Assembly (NCBI GenBank): GCA_973895155.1
Contig: OZ316894.1
Coordinates: forward strand, 23,000,709 to 23,064,708
Length of the DNA stretch: 64,000 nt
Direction: 5' to 3'
Origin: Marsupella aquatica
Lineage: Eukaryota > Plantae > Marchantiophyta
Shown here in pieces: positions 1 to 13,186 of this stretch. Within the stretch, counting starts at the first letter, position 1. Each line of letters opens with the position of its first letter. A program made the translations under genes and the position numbers. The notes beneath the pieces are model-generated. The model searched no databases. It had not been told where the DNA came from and saw only the letters and a list, made by a program, of their open reading frames with translations.

Positions 1-449
1 ATTAGATAGTAAAAATGGGTGCCAGCCATGGATATTCATTGTAAGTTTGGACACAATTGTAAATAATTATTTTCACACATTATCAATCAATGGTCCTTGC
101 CTGGGCTTCTTTGTGCGGAAATGTTTTTACAAGTATGATCTCTATCCCATGGTTCTTTGTGAACTAATAAGTAATATAATACTATTATAATTAATATAAT
201 ATAATTTATTAATATAATACTAATAAGAATTGGCCTATAAAGTGTACATTTAGGTATCAAAAAGTGTACATTTGGGCTTCTTAAAGTGTACATTTCAGGA
301 CTGATTTGTAAACAAAAGAAAATACACTTTTAATTAATAGACTGATGATTGAAGCCATACAACATGAAATTCATTCCACCTACTATTGCATGCAGATTCC
401 GCCCAACCTGATTGGGCAAATGCTGGTAATGATGAGTTTCAATGTCCAC

Positions 450-3158
450 CAGGATAGACATGGGTTGAACCAGGTTGGGAGGATGATGATGGGTCCTGGA
501 ATCAACAAGGCTGGGAAGGTGGTGAAGGTAATTGGCAACGCTTTCAAAATACAGTACCTACGAATGGCGGAAGAGGGGCAGGTAATGTATGAAGTAGTTT
601 GCAATGGAAGAACTCATTTAATCTGTGGTCCATTCATGTGGGTATACTCTGTACATGTACAATGATAGGAAATGTATGTGTGCACGTTGGACAGTCGAAC
701 CGTCGATGCAAGTATTCACTAATGCCCCTATGCAGATGCAGCACGGAAGGGGGACAGGTATTTTGGAATGTTGACTTGTTTCCGTACAGTGTACTAATTT
801 ACTAAGTTATCAGTACATATGTTTGCACATGCCTAGCTAGAAAGTGACAACATCTGTGCCTTGTACTAGGCTGGACAGGTGGTCCAAGGTTGCAACAATT
901 CCAGAGTGCAGTCCTTGCACAAATGTCTACTGGCAGAGCTACAGGTATATATGTTGGTTGCATTTTTGTTAAAGAGATGCATTGAATGGTGCCAATAGGT
1001 GTTTGTAATAAATGGTTATGGTGTATATAGTTCTCAAGCATGAATGGCATTGTATTTTCCCAGGTGACTTCAGATTCCCAGGTAGGGTGAATCAGGGGGT
1101 GCCCATTAATATTACACCGCCCAGTACTACAAAGAGCAGTGCACAAGGGGAGGTGACGAAGAAATTGACAATAAAGTTGAATGACAGACAATGGGTGGAT
1201 GCTGAGTGTCCTCGCAAAAACCGATGGCATGCTGATTTGAAAGCTGAAGTATTGCGCTGGATAGATGTGAGTGTTATTAATTTTAAAAAGCAGCATCCAA
1301 AAGATTGGAAGACTGTATGTGAAAATGTTGCTGCCAAATGGAATTATGTGGGCAGTGATGATGGCGTGGACATATATAGGTTGCCTGGAAAGTACAACAG
1401 CTAAAATCATCAAGCAAGAGATGGAGAATGCATAAGGCTTGGAAAGAAGGTGGGGAGAAGCCAGATATGCCTGCACCAGCAAGTTGTGATGATAAAGCGT
1501 GGGCAAAATTAGTAGCTTATTTTGTGACTGATGCTTATTAGTAGTTCATAGATGACCGAGGCTAGGTGGAGTGTTCAGAACCCTAATCTGACAGGAAGGA
1601 CCGGCACTGCACCGCTAGCAAAACGCTTGGTAAGAATCAATGGCAAGTTATGTAATTCATGCTACACTATGTCGACCTGTTGACTTTGTTTTATCAATGT
1701 TCATTGGAAACTGATAACTTGTGTTTGCCATATATGCATGTGCAGAAAGCCCAATTGGGGCAAAGCCCTTCAAAAGAAGAGTTGAGGGCTGAAATTGTGA
1801 ACAACAGGGCATGTGAGGCATCTAAATCCTCCAAGCAGGTAAGTTAAATGAGGTTTGATTGGAATTGAATGACCTGTGTTGAATTTTAGGTGTACACATA
1901 TCATTGATTGTGCATATATTGCCCAACATTTCATATGGAGTGATTCACTATTGCCCTGTATGATGTAGGGAGGAGGATCTTCACTTACGGAGATAAGTGA
2001 TCGTTTGAAGGCTGTGGAAACATGTCTTCCAGAGATCAATGAACGTTTGAATTCATTGATTGACTTGTTCCATGTGAATTTCAAGACATTAATGGAAGCC
2101 ATTGTGTCGGTGAGAGATAAAATTGATTGTAGTTCTGCAGGAGTTCCACCATCACCACTTGAGGTGACAAAGTCTATGCACTCTTCTGGCATGCCAACAA
2201 CAAGTAGGCTTGAAGGTAACTTTGGCCTTCATAACTTTGTGGGATCATATGATTATAAAATCTATTGTTTGACATAGTGTATGAATGTGTTATTTTTAGT
2301 AACATAGATTGTGGTTGTTGTGCCCATAGAGAATAAGATAGGTGCTGCAGAGAAGAAGTATGATCACTTGGCAAATAGTCGATGCAATTTAGAGGCAACA
2401 AAGTTGCAGTCTGTATCTGCAACTAATTTGATAAAGGACAGTCAACCATGTTTGGTTGAGGATGAGATTGGGAAGGGATTGGATGATATCAATGTTGGGG
2501 CAAAGGAGGATATCAACAAACGTGACAATGATACCATTGAGCCAGATTCATGTGATGTGGAGCAAGGTTTGTGCTATGTAGATCTTGATCCCATTGCAGA
2601 GATAAATGATTTGCAGAATGTGTCATTGTCAACTATAGGTGTGCCTCTTGTTGTGATAAATCCAACCAAAGAGTTAGTTGGTATGGCACTCCCAGGTGAG
2701 GAACCTGCTACCGTGACAGTCCCAACAGAGGAACCTAGTGAGCCTAGTTTCACTACTATGAAGAGAGGAAGCATGCGCACACAAAGCAAGTCTGCTGCTG
2801 GGAGCAGAGCCACGTCAAAGGTTTCATACAAACCTCCAAGATCGATGCTGGTAGAAAGATCTAAGGTGGAAGCGGGGGTGGAAGTGGGGAAGGCACCTAA
2901 TGCTGAGGGACAAAGTGGCTTGTTAGCTGTTGATGAAAGTGGAACACAAGTAGGATTTGGCAGAGTGCAAGTCGGTTCTACAATGTTCCATGGCAAGAGG
3001 ATTCCCCCAGGTTATTCAGTAGTGTTAATCACGTTACTAGTGAAACCTAAAGCTGTCCTTCCCATTCCAAACACAAATGATGATCTCCTCAGAAGACACT
3101 TGGAGATGCTGTAGGTTCTTTGGTATTATGGCCAAGCAAGTACATAGAGGATCCATAA
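450..3158 (+). pseudogene. Multi-exon CACTA TnpA-like (second ORF) gene, frameshifted
   Basis: Peptides KNRWHADLKAEVLRWIDVS...WNYVG and C-terminal FHGKRIPPGYSVVLI...LPIPN...GDAVGSLVLWPSKYI (Tnp1/En-Spm-like C-terminus) match 37290-37470 and 39350-39565. GT-AG introns visible. 5' boundary is approximate. Confidence 0.7.
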
Positions 3159-3685
3159 CAATGTCATGTCATTGTTTGTTTGTAGTGTAGTGTGAGTCAT
3201 GCTTTGTAGATTTTAGAATTCAAGAAGCAATGCATTATCATGTTTGATAATTGATAATATCATGCATTTGCTTTCAATTATTTCAAACAATTATCAATTT
3301 GCAAGTTCCTGTTTTCTCTGAATTACATTGATGACATTGTAAACTGTTCCATTGTAATTGAATTGATCATCTTTCAACAATATTGTGATTATGTTCAATT
3401 CTTATGAATGTTTTATGTAGGATCTACTTATATCATGCTGTGTTTCATGTGTATGTCATTCATGCTCTGTTTATTTTTTGTATTCAATGTGTTATACTTC
3501 TAAAGTGATATGACCATGAGTGTTTCTATGTATTGCAATGTGGAGTGCTCATGAATTGACTATCTCTCCTTATGACCTGTTACACAATTCATTAGTCATG
3601 GTTACAACTTCCCTAAATCTCAACATTATTAGTTATGAACATGACTATATAGAGACCCAAATGGTTCTGTTGTGTGACCTGGACC

Positions 3686-3991
3686 CCCGGGGTCCTCACT
3701 TCTTTTCTTCCGACCCATCATGCGCGAATAAGTATAGGGTTTTTTATTAGGTTTAGTGAAATATTTTTAAAATTTTGTTGAAGAACATTAGGGTTATTAT
3801 AATCCAATTTTGAGAATTATAAGAATCATAGGGTTTTTTTAAATCAAATATGGGAATATTCTTGGAATATTCCATTAAGTCAGGGGTAAAAAAATTCCTA
3901 AAAAAAACTTTATTGACTTAACTTTTAGGGTGTTTATTCCCCCAAAACTTCAAGCGTGATATGGGACACCCCTTGGATTGAGGCCCCCAAG
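3686..3991. mobile_element. hAT-like MITE inserted in the CACTA subterminal region
   Basis: 8-bp TSD CCTGGACC (3678-3685) / CCCGGACC (3992-3999). Imperfect TIR CCCGGGGTCCTCA / TGAGGCCCCCAAG. AT-rich interior. Absent from the homologous CACTA end at ~48003-48010. Confidence 0.8.
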
Positions 3992-4340
3992 CCCGGACCA
4001 GGGTCTCCATTGGTCTATTATGTGATACTACAAGGTCATAAGCTAGGCATTGTTAAGGGCAACTAAGTCATGGACATGACTTACCCTATGACTAATTAAA
4101 GTCACATTGCAGTCACGTATCAACAAGGCAAGACTCCATAATGAAGTCATAGATCAGTCACAAATGGGTATCAAGAAAGTCACAATGTCCAGTATCAATA
4201 GTGACTTCTATTTTTTGGTCTCAACTTTTGCAACTCCAAGGGTCACAGCCTGGGTCACGTCACGTGCAGTCACAATGAAGTCCCATGAGCCAAAATGAGT
4301 CACATATTGCAGTCTCAGAATGACCCGGTTTCTTCTAGTG

Positions 4341-4500
4341 GGATTTTCACGTGTTTTACCTCTATTGTTCCACTGGTTTTACCCCCTTTATTGGGTCTCC
4401 TGCATTTGGGATCGATCCTGTGTCCGAATTTGATATTTTTCTTGTTCTTCGGCTATGGCAATGTAATAACCAGTTTATTTTGACATCTCTTTGGGCAATC
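4341..4500. repeat. Dispersed repeat, truncated on the left by the CACTA end; uninterrupted copy at ~55157-55310
   Basis: GGATTTTCACGTGTTTTA...GGCAATGTAAT..CCAGTTTATTTTGA is nearly identical to 55157-55295. Confidence 0.8.
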
Positions 4501-4665
4501 AAAACTCCTGATTTTTGCCATCAACACCATCTGAAAAAAACTGAGAATCTGCATAAGCTCGACCAGTTTTGTCCCCTCTCCCCTGCGATTTCTCCCTGCA
4601 CACAGACAGACAAGAATTATGTTGGGAGAGCTTTCTTTTCCCTCGCAAACAGTGGCTTCTTCAAC

Positions 4666-5390
4666 ATGTTTCTCACGAGGAGCGAGTATGACAGGGGAGT
4701 CGACCTTCTCACCTGAAGGGCGCCTGTTTCAAGTGGAATATGCAATTGAGGCTATTAAGCTTGGATCAACTGCAGTGGGTACTCAGCAAGGGGTGGTTCT
4801 TGCTATTGAGAAGCGAATTAGCTTGACACTTCTTGAGCCCTTGAGCCTAGCAGTGTTGATAAGATTATGGAAATTGATTCACATATTGGACGTGCAATGA
4901 GTGGACTCACTGCCGATGCTCCTACCCTGATATATAGAGCATAGACGTGTTGAAACTCAAAACCATAGATTCTCGTACAATGAGCCTATGAGTGTGGAGT
5001 CGACAACTCAAGCATTATGTGACCTTGCTCTGTGCTTTGGTGAGGGTGACGAAGACTCTATGTCACGACCTTTTGGAGTTTCACTCCTCGTTGCTGGTCA
5101 TGATGAGACAGGTCCTTGCCTATACCACACAGATCCATCAGGTACCTTCTAGCAGTGTAACGCCAAGGCCATCTGATCTGGATCACAGGGCGCTGACTTG
5201 TCCCTTCAGGACCATTACAATAAAGACATACTTTGAAGGAAGCTGAAATTCTCGCTTTATCTACATTGAAGCAGGTTATGGAGGAAAAGGTAACAGCTTC
5301 CAACGTGGACATCGCCAATTAATGTTGCCCCGACTTATCACCTCTACAACCCAGCAGAAGTTGAGGAAGTCATTGGCCAGTATGTGGTAA
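4666..5390 (+). pseudogene. PAE1: Processed pseudogene of 20S proteasome subunit alpha type-5 (PAE/PSMA5)
   Basis: [38 protein letters not shown]...[47 protein letters not shown]...[10 protein letters not shown]. Intronless, several frameshifts and stops, A-rich tract at ~5558-5583. Confidence 0.93.
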
Positions 5391-7989
5391 TGAGAGGGAG
5401 AAGTGTTCATTTTGTTCTCTTCTCAAAGAAACCATAGCTCATTTGGCTGCAAATTCAAAGGACTAAAGAAGGTGTAGCCTTCTTGGAAGCATTCCAAATG
5501 TTAAACTTTCCACAAAGTTTGAATGTGATTAGATGGAGAAGCCTTTTTTTTGCAGTGGAAAACAAAAAATAAAATTAAAAAATTGATACCAGAATTGGAC
5601 TACTATGATAACTGTAATGCAGCTGAATCACAAGGAGGATAACTAAGGAAAACAAGCCCATGGCTTAGATTCCAAATCTAGATTACTCTTACAGATCACA
5701 TAGACCAGGTTACAAGACAGTTCTTTAGGGTACCAGTACGCTATGCCCGTGCATTGCACAGTTGTCATGGCAGCTGTGTCGGTTGGTCTGAAGGTATTGT
5801 TGTTGAGGAAAATGCTGTCATTGTGAAAGTGTATGTGTAGGCGCCAATGCCTGTGTGTCACTTGCACACTTGCCATTTTGGCTGTGCTGTTATCGTGGAA
5901 GTGTTCTTGTCACCTAAAGTGTGTCAATGCAAAAAGATTTGCCATTGAATGAAATTTGTGTTATCAAATGACTCGAAAGATGGTATTATTTTGCAAGTGG
6001 TAGGAGGGAATGGAAGGCACAAAATAGGTAGGGAGAGTTAGGCAGAGGCTATTGGGCTTTTGGTTGTCCTTGCTTTCCTGTTGGTGGCCCTGAGTGGTGT
6101 TCCCTTTTGCTTGGGTGGTTCTTCCCCCTGCTTGCTATAAAGCATTTTTAAAAATTAAAATAAAAATGGGCAGAAAAATTGATTCCCCCTGGGTGTCTAT
6201 TTATATCATCTCTAATTTTTTTCTCCCCTTCCCTTATTTTCCCATTCTCTTTCCTCTTTTGCACCTCCCCACCCATTTGTTCTCCTTTTCCCTTTCCCAC
6301 CACATCTTTAGCAGTGGGTACTGTTCAGCCTTAGCAAAGGCTTACCCCATCAGAGGGCATCCATGTTTCACTTGCAGACTTAGTTATGGCTCTCATGAAG
6401 CATTAGAGCATCACACTCTGGTAGTCATAGGGTTTTCATTTTAGTTTCGTTCTTTACTGGTTTTTGCGATTTGCTTTAAGTTCCCCCTTGTTTTTAGGTT
6501 TGTGTTTCTCCTCTTTAGCTTTTACTTCATTCTACTTTGTTAAGCCAATGATTGTACTTTGTCAAGTAACTTGGTGCATTTCTTTTTGGAGGGATGTGTT
6601 AGTGCCAAATGATGATGAAAAAATCAGTGGTATAATTCTCTGATGGATCTCATCTGTTTTCCGTGCATTGATCTGAACTTTGAATCAATCTTTGAACTCT
6701 TTCTTGTCCCAATCCTTCTTCTAATTTATGTGTTCCAGTATCTTTTGTTACCGCAATGCCGGACACCCTGATGCTACTGTTAGTACTATAGTTAGAATCT
6801 TCTCTGACTTGCACAAGAGTTTTGTGAACATTTGGGTTTAGATAATGACCAAATTCTTAATTGAATGACCTAATTCATGTTCATTGAAATTGGGGGTTCA
6901 TATCACTCCCAGGAGCACTCCCATTCAGAGCCTTAGTCAATTTGTGCTATGATCATGACAACCTTGATTACATACATTGTGTACTGCAAGGCAATGCCTG
7001 AGCATTGTTGACAAAGAACTGACTTCCCTGTGGTTTTGTTTGAGTCTCTTGGTGCTCTTTCTCATAGTTGAAAATGTGTGTTGTGAAGGGATTCTTTCAA
7101 GTGAAATAAATTTTTCTTGCAAAGTGCAATTGTACACAACACATCATGCCCAAAAGAATTGAAGCATGACCTCATTGGACTTTATCCTCTTCAAGTTCCC
7201 ATCAACTTCCATAATCAAGCCAGATTCTTTCTTATGTTGCATGAGTCCTTAACTCAACAGTAAGTTACATTACTTGCCCTTGTGATTAAGGCTTGGAAAT
7301 ATCATCCACCTAGACAACGTTCAAACCCATTCACATGGGTATGGAATGAGTTTGGAGGGAGGATTGTTGTTTTTGAGCACAAAATACCCCCTCATGAGTT
7401 CAACTCCACCCCCCCCCAAAAGTCACTTTATGCTTCCAGAGCAAGAGGATGACTTAAGAAGTAACTGACCACAGGACCGTGCAATTTTTCCAAATGAATA
7501 TTCCATATTGTAACTTGGACGTGGTCCAGGCTTGCATACTTAAGAAAACCCAAAGGAAAAAATGCTGACCAAAAGTTTGTCCTCTATAACAAAGATGACT
7601 CTTGAAGAGCAATGTTTTACTCCAGCTTTCTCTTCTCCAAACACCTATGTTGTCCGCTGTCTCTACGACCCTCTATTAGTCTCACACACATTATCAGACG
7701 GCATTCTTACTTTCTACTGACTAAAGCCGTACAATCAATTTTCAATGTGGAACAAACTAGCACTCATTAGAATTGGAAGCTCGCTAAAATTAGATTTGAC
7801 GTACAGGATCAAAAGGCTGATAATTCTCTCGAATTGCAATTAACTCTCTCTTCTCAGCACGGGGAGGTTGCCATAATAAAATTCCCTACAAGCAGCAACT
7901 CTCTGAGTAAAGGAAGTCCCTACCGCAGTCATAATTGTCACCAAAGTCCATTTTTCCAACAGAACATTCTTTCCACAGTTGGCCATGTC

Positions 7990-8277
7990 CTCGGGGGGTT
8001 AACTAAGTGTATATTTTGGGGTACCACGTGCGATCCTAGCCTAATATAAATAGACCTATTTTATAAAAAAGATATTCCAAGAATATTCTCTATTTTCAAT
8101 ATTAATAACCTATTTTACTTTATAAAAGGTATATATTAGAGAATATTCTATAAACATGAGTTTATAATACCTTCTTTTGCCTCCTACGCTTTTTAAAAAT
8201 TTAGTTAAGTTCTATCCAAAAATACCTATTTTGGATCGCACGTGGTTCTCAAGATTTTTTATAGTCAACCCCCCGAG
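7990..8277. mobile_element. hAT-like MITE
   Basis: TIR CTCGGGGGGTT(A/G)ACT. Perfect 8-bp TSD GCCATGTC (7982-7989 and 8278-8285). Internal inverted CCACGTGCGATCC. Empty site with a single GCCATGTT at ~62618-62625. Confidence 0.9.
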
Positions 8278-9145
8278 GCCATGTCGGGAGTGGCTCCCAC
8301 AGTCGATTATTATTCATAGTACTTCCCAATCTCCAGCTTCCGTCACTAGTAGAAATCGGGGCAATTTAGACCTAACCTTATAGGACTGAGGCCACTAAGT
8401 CCTTTTTTCATACTTAAAATGACTCGGAACCATTGCACCGGTTCACATGAACACTAGGAAAGACTATGAGTGCTTTCTAGTTTATGATAAGACTGGAAAA
8501 AGTCACCTTGCTACTTTGTGAAGGGTGAAACTCTTAATGTTGGCTTTTGCTAATAGCCGTGCATTGGGGGGGGGGGCCTGGATGCACAACAAAAATGGGG
8601 AATAGCCCCAATGTGTCATCATATATACCCAACAAGGCCATGCTTTAATCCATGATCGACTTGTCATCCCCCAAGATCGAACATGTCGTTATTTTTACAA
8701 CAACAAAGCAAGCAACCAAGTTAGGATAACTTGTGCTTTGGTACATACTCCAAATTCATTTGTATCATCGGAAGTGGAAAACATAAGTATAAGGGATTCA
8801 AGAGGACATTGTTCACTTATATTAAGGAGGCACTTAACTCATTAAATGGCCTCATTTGTGACCAAAACATGTTTGGGTTACATGAAGTTAAGTTTGCTCT
8901 TAATTCAGCCCAACATATAACCCTTACTGCCAAAGTGTTGCTTTAGGGTTTAAACCATTTAACTACCCTAATATGTCACAGTCCAAAATTCTTGAGTTCA
9001 TGAGGGAGGGAGGTGCAAGATTTTATTCATGCACCGTTACTTACACATCGGCAACATCGGCTAACTTTTGTAAGGGAATCCCAAGGGGGCTTGTACTTCT
9101 GCGACCGTTGGACGGGAACGAGTTGGAGCTACCGTTGGAGGGTCA

Positions 9146-9312
9146 ACCCTAATCCCACCACATTTCTAAGTTTTTGCATATCCAGCCAGTGGTTTATTGT
9201 GTTGTCTTTGCGGGCCACTTCGCACCTCCACACTCTGTCGCACCCTAATCTTGCCACATTTCTAACTTTTCGCATATCCAGCCAGTGGTTTATCGTGTTG
9301 TCTTCGCGGGCA
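9146..9312. repeat. Two-copy direct repeat (~97-bp period) in the CACTA 5' region
   Basis: ACCCTAATC...CCACATTTCTAA.TTTT.GCATATCCAGCCAGTGGTTTAT.GTGTTGTCTT.GCGGGC occurs twice. Confidence 0.8.
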
Positions 9313-10965
9313 CTACTGTGAAGTGAGGTTTAGTGTGACTCTTTTCTCGTGGTCGGTGCTGTGGAATTAGAGACAAAGGATTTGGTGTGCCAGGGATGTT
9401 GCGGGGTAACAAAGTGAACCGGTTATTACAGTGAGTCCTGCAATGTTAGTGAGCTGTGAAGGTTGCACATGAGAGCTGACAGTCCCGTCGCCGCCTGCTC
9501 CCATTGTTGTGACTTCATTCAAGTTGCTCGAGCATAGGTGATTTCTACTACTGCGGAAGGCAAGCTGCTTGAAGGGAGGCGACATTGTATGCAAACATTG
9601 CGGAAGGCCATCAGAGGCTAGGCAGAGCAGCTGCAAGAGCTACAGTTGAGGAGGACCTCAATGTGGGGAGAAGCTACGGGTGGGGACAAGCTGCGGGCGG
9701 GGAGGAGCTGCGATCAGGGAGGATACATTGGGTCATCGCTTACATTTTAGGTGTTCACGTGAGGGAGACCTTGAGGTCGGAGGTGGTCTGCAATTGACAA
9801 GAAGGTTGACATTCCCTCCCGCTGCGGATTGGTACTTCATTCAGGTGATTCCTATTGCTGCCTCCCACCGCCATTGCCGATTGCCGCTATCATTGTTGAT
9901 TACTAGTCAAAACCGGGTTCATACACTCCATTGTTTGAGCTAGACTTATAACTACCATTTCTTCTTCATAGCTACGATGACCACTGCATTGCCTTACTCT
10001 GTTCATTGCAGTAGCACAACATTGCATGTCCATCATGGGTTTTTCTTTAAGGAATCGCGGAATGACAGGATCTAAAGCTTTTAGTATCGACTCAGAATGA
10101 GGTTAAACCATCTTTGCAATGGCGTCGCTGGCCCTTAGATGCAAAATGCTCCGTTGTAATATTGCCTCCAACTTGATGAGATAGGACTGAGAGAACTGAG
10201 AACTGAGAGAACTGGCGGAGCCTTCCTGTTTTCTTTTTTTTGTGTTTATTTTTTTAGTGTGGATTCTGCGGCCTGTCTTGGCCTGTCCTTCGTGCCGTTG
10301 ATGTGCTGATGATTGCTGCGTCCTTCTGGATGCGATTAACTACGAGTGCTGAATCGATCGGCTTGTTTCCCCGCATCTAAATGATGTTTCTTGTCTTCGT
10401 TAAGTGTTTTAGGGCTAAGCAGCTTGCACTTGTCTCGTTGGAATCCGGGTGCTAAACGTTTTAGACTGTGTGTTAATCGACAATTTGGGTGGGACTCCCT
10501 TGGGGCTGCGGTGGCGTCATGGGCTCTACTGCCCTGGTTGTTTACCCCCTGGAGGATTGAAGCTTTTCTCCGGCAATTTGCATGCATTATCTTGCTTTGG
10601 AGATCTGGGAACTACGCTTTGGATTCGGGACCCCCACGCTGTTACCGGTTGCTAATCTAATCCCGGGATTGTTCCTGCTACCCTGAGATGATTGTTACTC
10701 CACGTTGTGTTTCTTCTGGATCGGGTGTCGGTTGTGACCACCTTTCCAGTTGTGTCCCCTTACGCAGTGAGTGACTCTCCGCCCTTTGTGGGTCGCTGAA
10801 TTTGATACTCTTTTCCTTTCCGTCTGTACTTACGCTTTGCAAACCCTTTCTGGAGGACTTTATCTCTCCCCTGTGTACAACTGGGATGAATTCTAATCGT
10901 CGGGGATCTTCGGGCTTTGGCGCCCCCTTTCTGGTCGAGGTGCACTCCTTTTTGGTCCTGCGGTC

Positions 10966-13144
10966 TTGAGGGAAGGCCAGGCTTTTTGTGAGGCAACGAC
11001 TTTACATGGAGATCCAAGAACGAAAGATGTTGAGGGAGGTGCAGGTCATTGGGTTGCTTCTCCAGCTCCACCGTCGCTTGCTCCATTGGCTACGGGAAGG
11101 CCGCTTGCTTGTGGAGACAATCCAGGCAGGAATTTTTTGAATCAAGATGTCCATTCTGGCCCTGGCGGCACCTCGAATGCTGGACGTTACATCCTTCCTG
11201 GGAACGGGAATCCGGTCAGCAATAAACAAAGTTGGTTTGGATTACGGGCTTCTGGTCCTGAGACGGATGGGTTCTCGCGCTGGGACCCCCCTCGACTTGA
11301 GCCTTTACCAATGGATGTGCTGGAGGACAGATTGAAGGAACCATACGAGAATCACTTTCGGGAGGACATTGGGGACAGAATGGATGCTGATGCAACTAAC
11401 AACGACTCAATTGCGGCTGGGCAACCTTCTCGTCTTTTTAGAGCGGCGCCTGGGTCTGGCCCGGGGTTTGGTGCTTGTGGTGCTCCACCCCTAATTGATC
11501 GCCCTTTTGTTGATCATTGTGCTGATGAGGCGGAAGCCTGCATTCCCATTTTGAGACGCATTGCTGACCTGTCTATTCAGGACTGGCCTTCTAAGCTGCA
11601 CACCACAATTGAGTGGTCCTTGGAGGAGGCCGCTGAGATTGTGAAGGAACTTTTCAACTGCACAATGATGTGTTACTTCACTGATCGACCCCCTTTGCTC
11701 CTGACGTTCAAATTTTGGGTGAACAAGACTTTTGTGGTTGACTTAAAATGGCCGATATCCCAGGTGAAGTTTGTGGGAAAGAACTTTTACATGGTTGTGT
11801 TCAAGGATCCTGCCCACCGCGACTTAGCGCTGGCTGAGGCTCCCTGGTTTCTGGATTGTAAATTTGTATTTACTTTTCCCTGGGACCCTTCCTTCGATAT
11901 CAGAAGTGAATCATACACCCTTCTCCCTGTTTGGATCAAAATCCCCTTCCGTGCTCTTGTTTTGGAGCCGTGCCGCAGGAAACTTGCAGCCTCCCTAGGT
12001 GACATTTTGCATTACATTCAAGGTGATGAATTAAGCTCCTATCCCCACGATCGTGCTTGCATTCTGTGGGACACCCAACGGGAATTGCCACTGAGTGTTG
12101 AAGTGCTGATTAAGACCGAACTCTCTATCTGGCAGCCAGTGATCTTTAAAAATATTCCTTTCCATTGCTTTCATTGCAGCAAGAAAGGCCACTTAGTGAG
12201 AGATTGCCACGCACACAAGGAGGAAGAACCAAAACTTACCAAAAGTCAAGGTGCTGCCGATCCTGCTCCTACTATGGAGACTGCCCCCCCTCTAAATGTC
12301 CCCTCGCCGGTGAACGTGATTCCCTCGTTGGACCCGACTTTGATACCTCCTGATGAGAAGTAACTCACTGTCGATCACCACTGTGTTACATGGGGCTACC
12401 AATGATGCCCTGCCTAACGAACCTGCGATCACTGAAAGTTTACTTTTTGGAAGCTCCAGGAATCCTGATGTTGACCCTTATCCGATCGTTACAAGTCGTG
12501 AAATTGAGGAGGCCTCCACTGGTGCTGCCCGGTGCGACCCTTCGTCACTATTACTTTCTTACAACGCCGACTTCCCCAAGATCATACAGGATCTTCAGGA
12601 GGTCCAATTTGACTCTATAATTCAACCGGGACCCCAATTCTTGAACTCTCTCCCTGCCTTGAATGCGAAGTCTGCCGCAACCGTTCCTGTCCCTCAATTG
12701 CCGCTGATGATTGTCGAAGTTGAATCTGAGGAACTTATTGCTGTTGAGGATGATATTTTGGCCTCTGACATTCCCTCCAACATGGACCTATCACAATACG
12801 AGGGCATCATCTCTCGCTCTGCCATCAAGAAAGAACGAGCTAGGAAGCTGGCAAGGCGCTCCCCTCCCGAAGATAAAAAGAAGGACAAGGGTAAGAAAAA
12901 GGCCAGGAAGCAAAGATCCTTACAATTCACTTCGGATTCTAAATTGCAGGATGCGGCTGGGTGGGTGACATCGGAGAGGCGCTTATCACGTGAACTTCAG
13001 ATGCCTTCGACTATGACTCCCGATGAAATCAATGATACTTTGGCGATTTCGGCCGACCCTCATGCTGAGATTACAAGTAACCCTCTTCCGAGTCCAGCCC
13101 TGCCGATGCTGGAACCTGCTAAGTCACCGCTTACCCCTGTGTAG
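10966..13144 (+). pseudogene. L1 ORF1 (DUF4283-like region plus CCHC zinc knuckle), one frameshift
   Basis: NFYMVVF...APWFLD..FVFTFPWDPSF...LPVWIKIP and CFHCSKKGHLVRDC. Frameshift near 12355. Confidence 0.85.
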
Positions 13145-13186
13145 TTGATCTGGTTTTGCTCCCTCTGAGATGTGATATCACGGAGC

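Larger units (their letters stand above)
1..4340 (+). mobile_element. 3' part of a CACTA (En/Spm) DNA transposon; 5' end lies outside the window
   Basis: Ends ...GACCCGGTTTCTTCTAGTG at 4340 (reverse complement CACTAGAAGAAACC). GTCA/TGAC-rich subterminal repeats at 4030-4320. 3430-4340 is colinear with 47715-48351 of the nested CACTA. Contains a TnpA-like gene. Confidence 0.85.

Noticed and set aside
238-296. AAAGTGTACATTT x3 as a regulatory array
   Set aside because: Short repeat in an AT-rich patch inside a TE; boundaries and function cannot be supported.
802-1506. 234-aa minus-strand ORF and other short antisense ORFs in the track
   Set aside because: Shadow frames of TE coding regions with no recognisable motifs.
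6900-7260. Possible decayed minus-strand coding fragment (…QGSQFFVNN…)
   Set aside because: Too short and degenerate to assign to a family.
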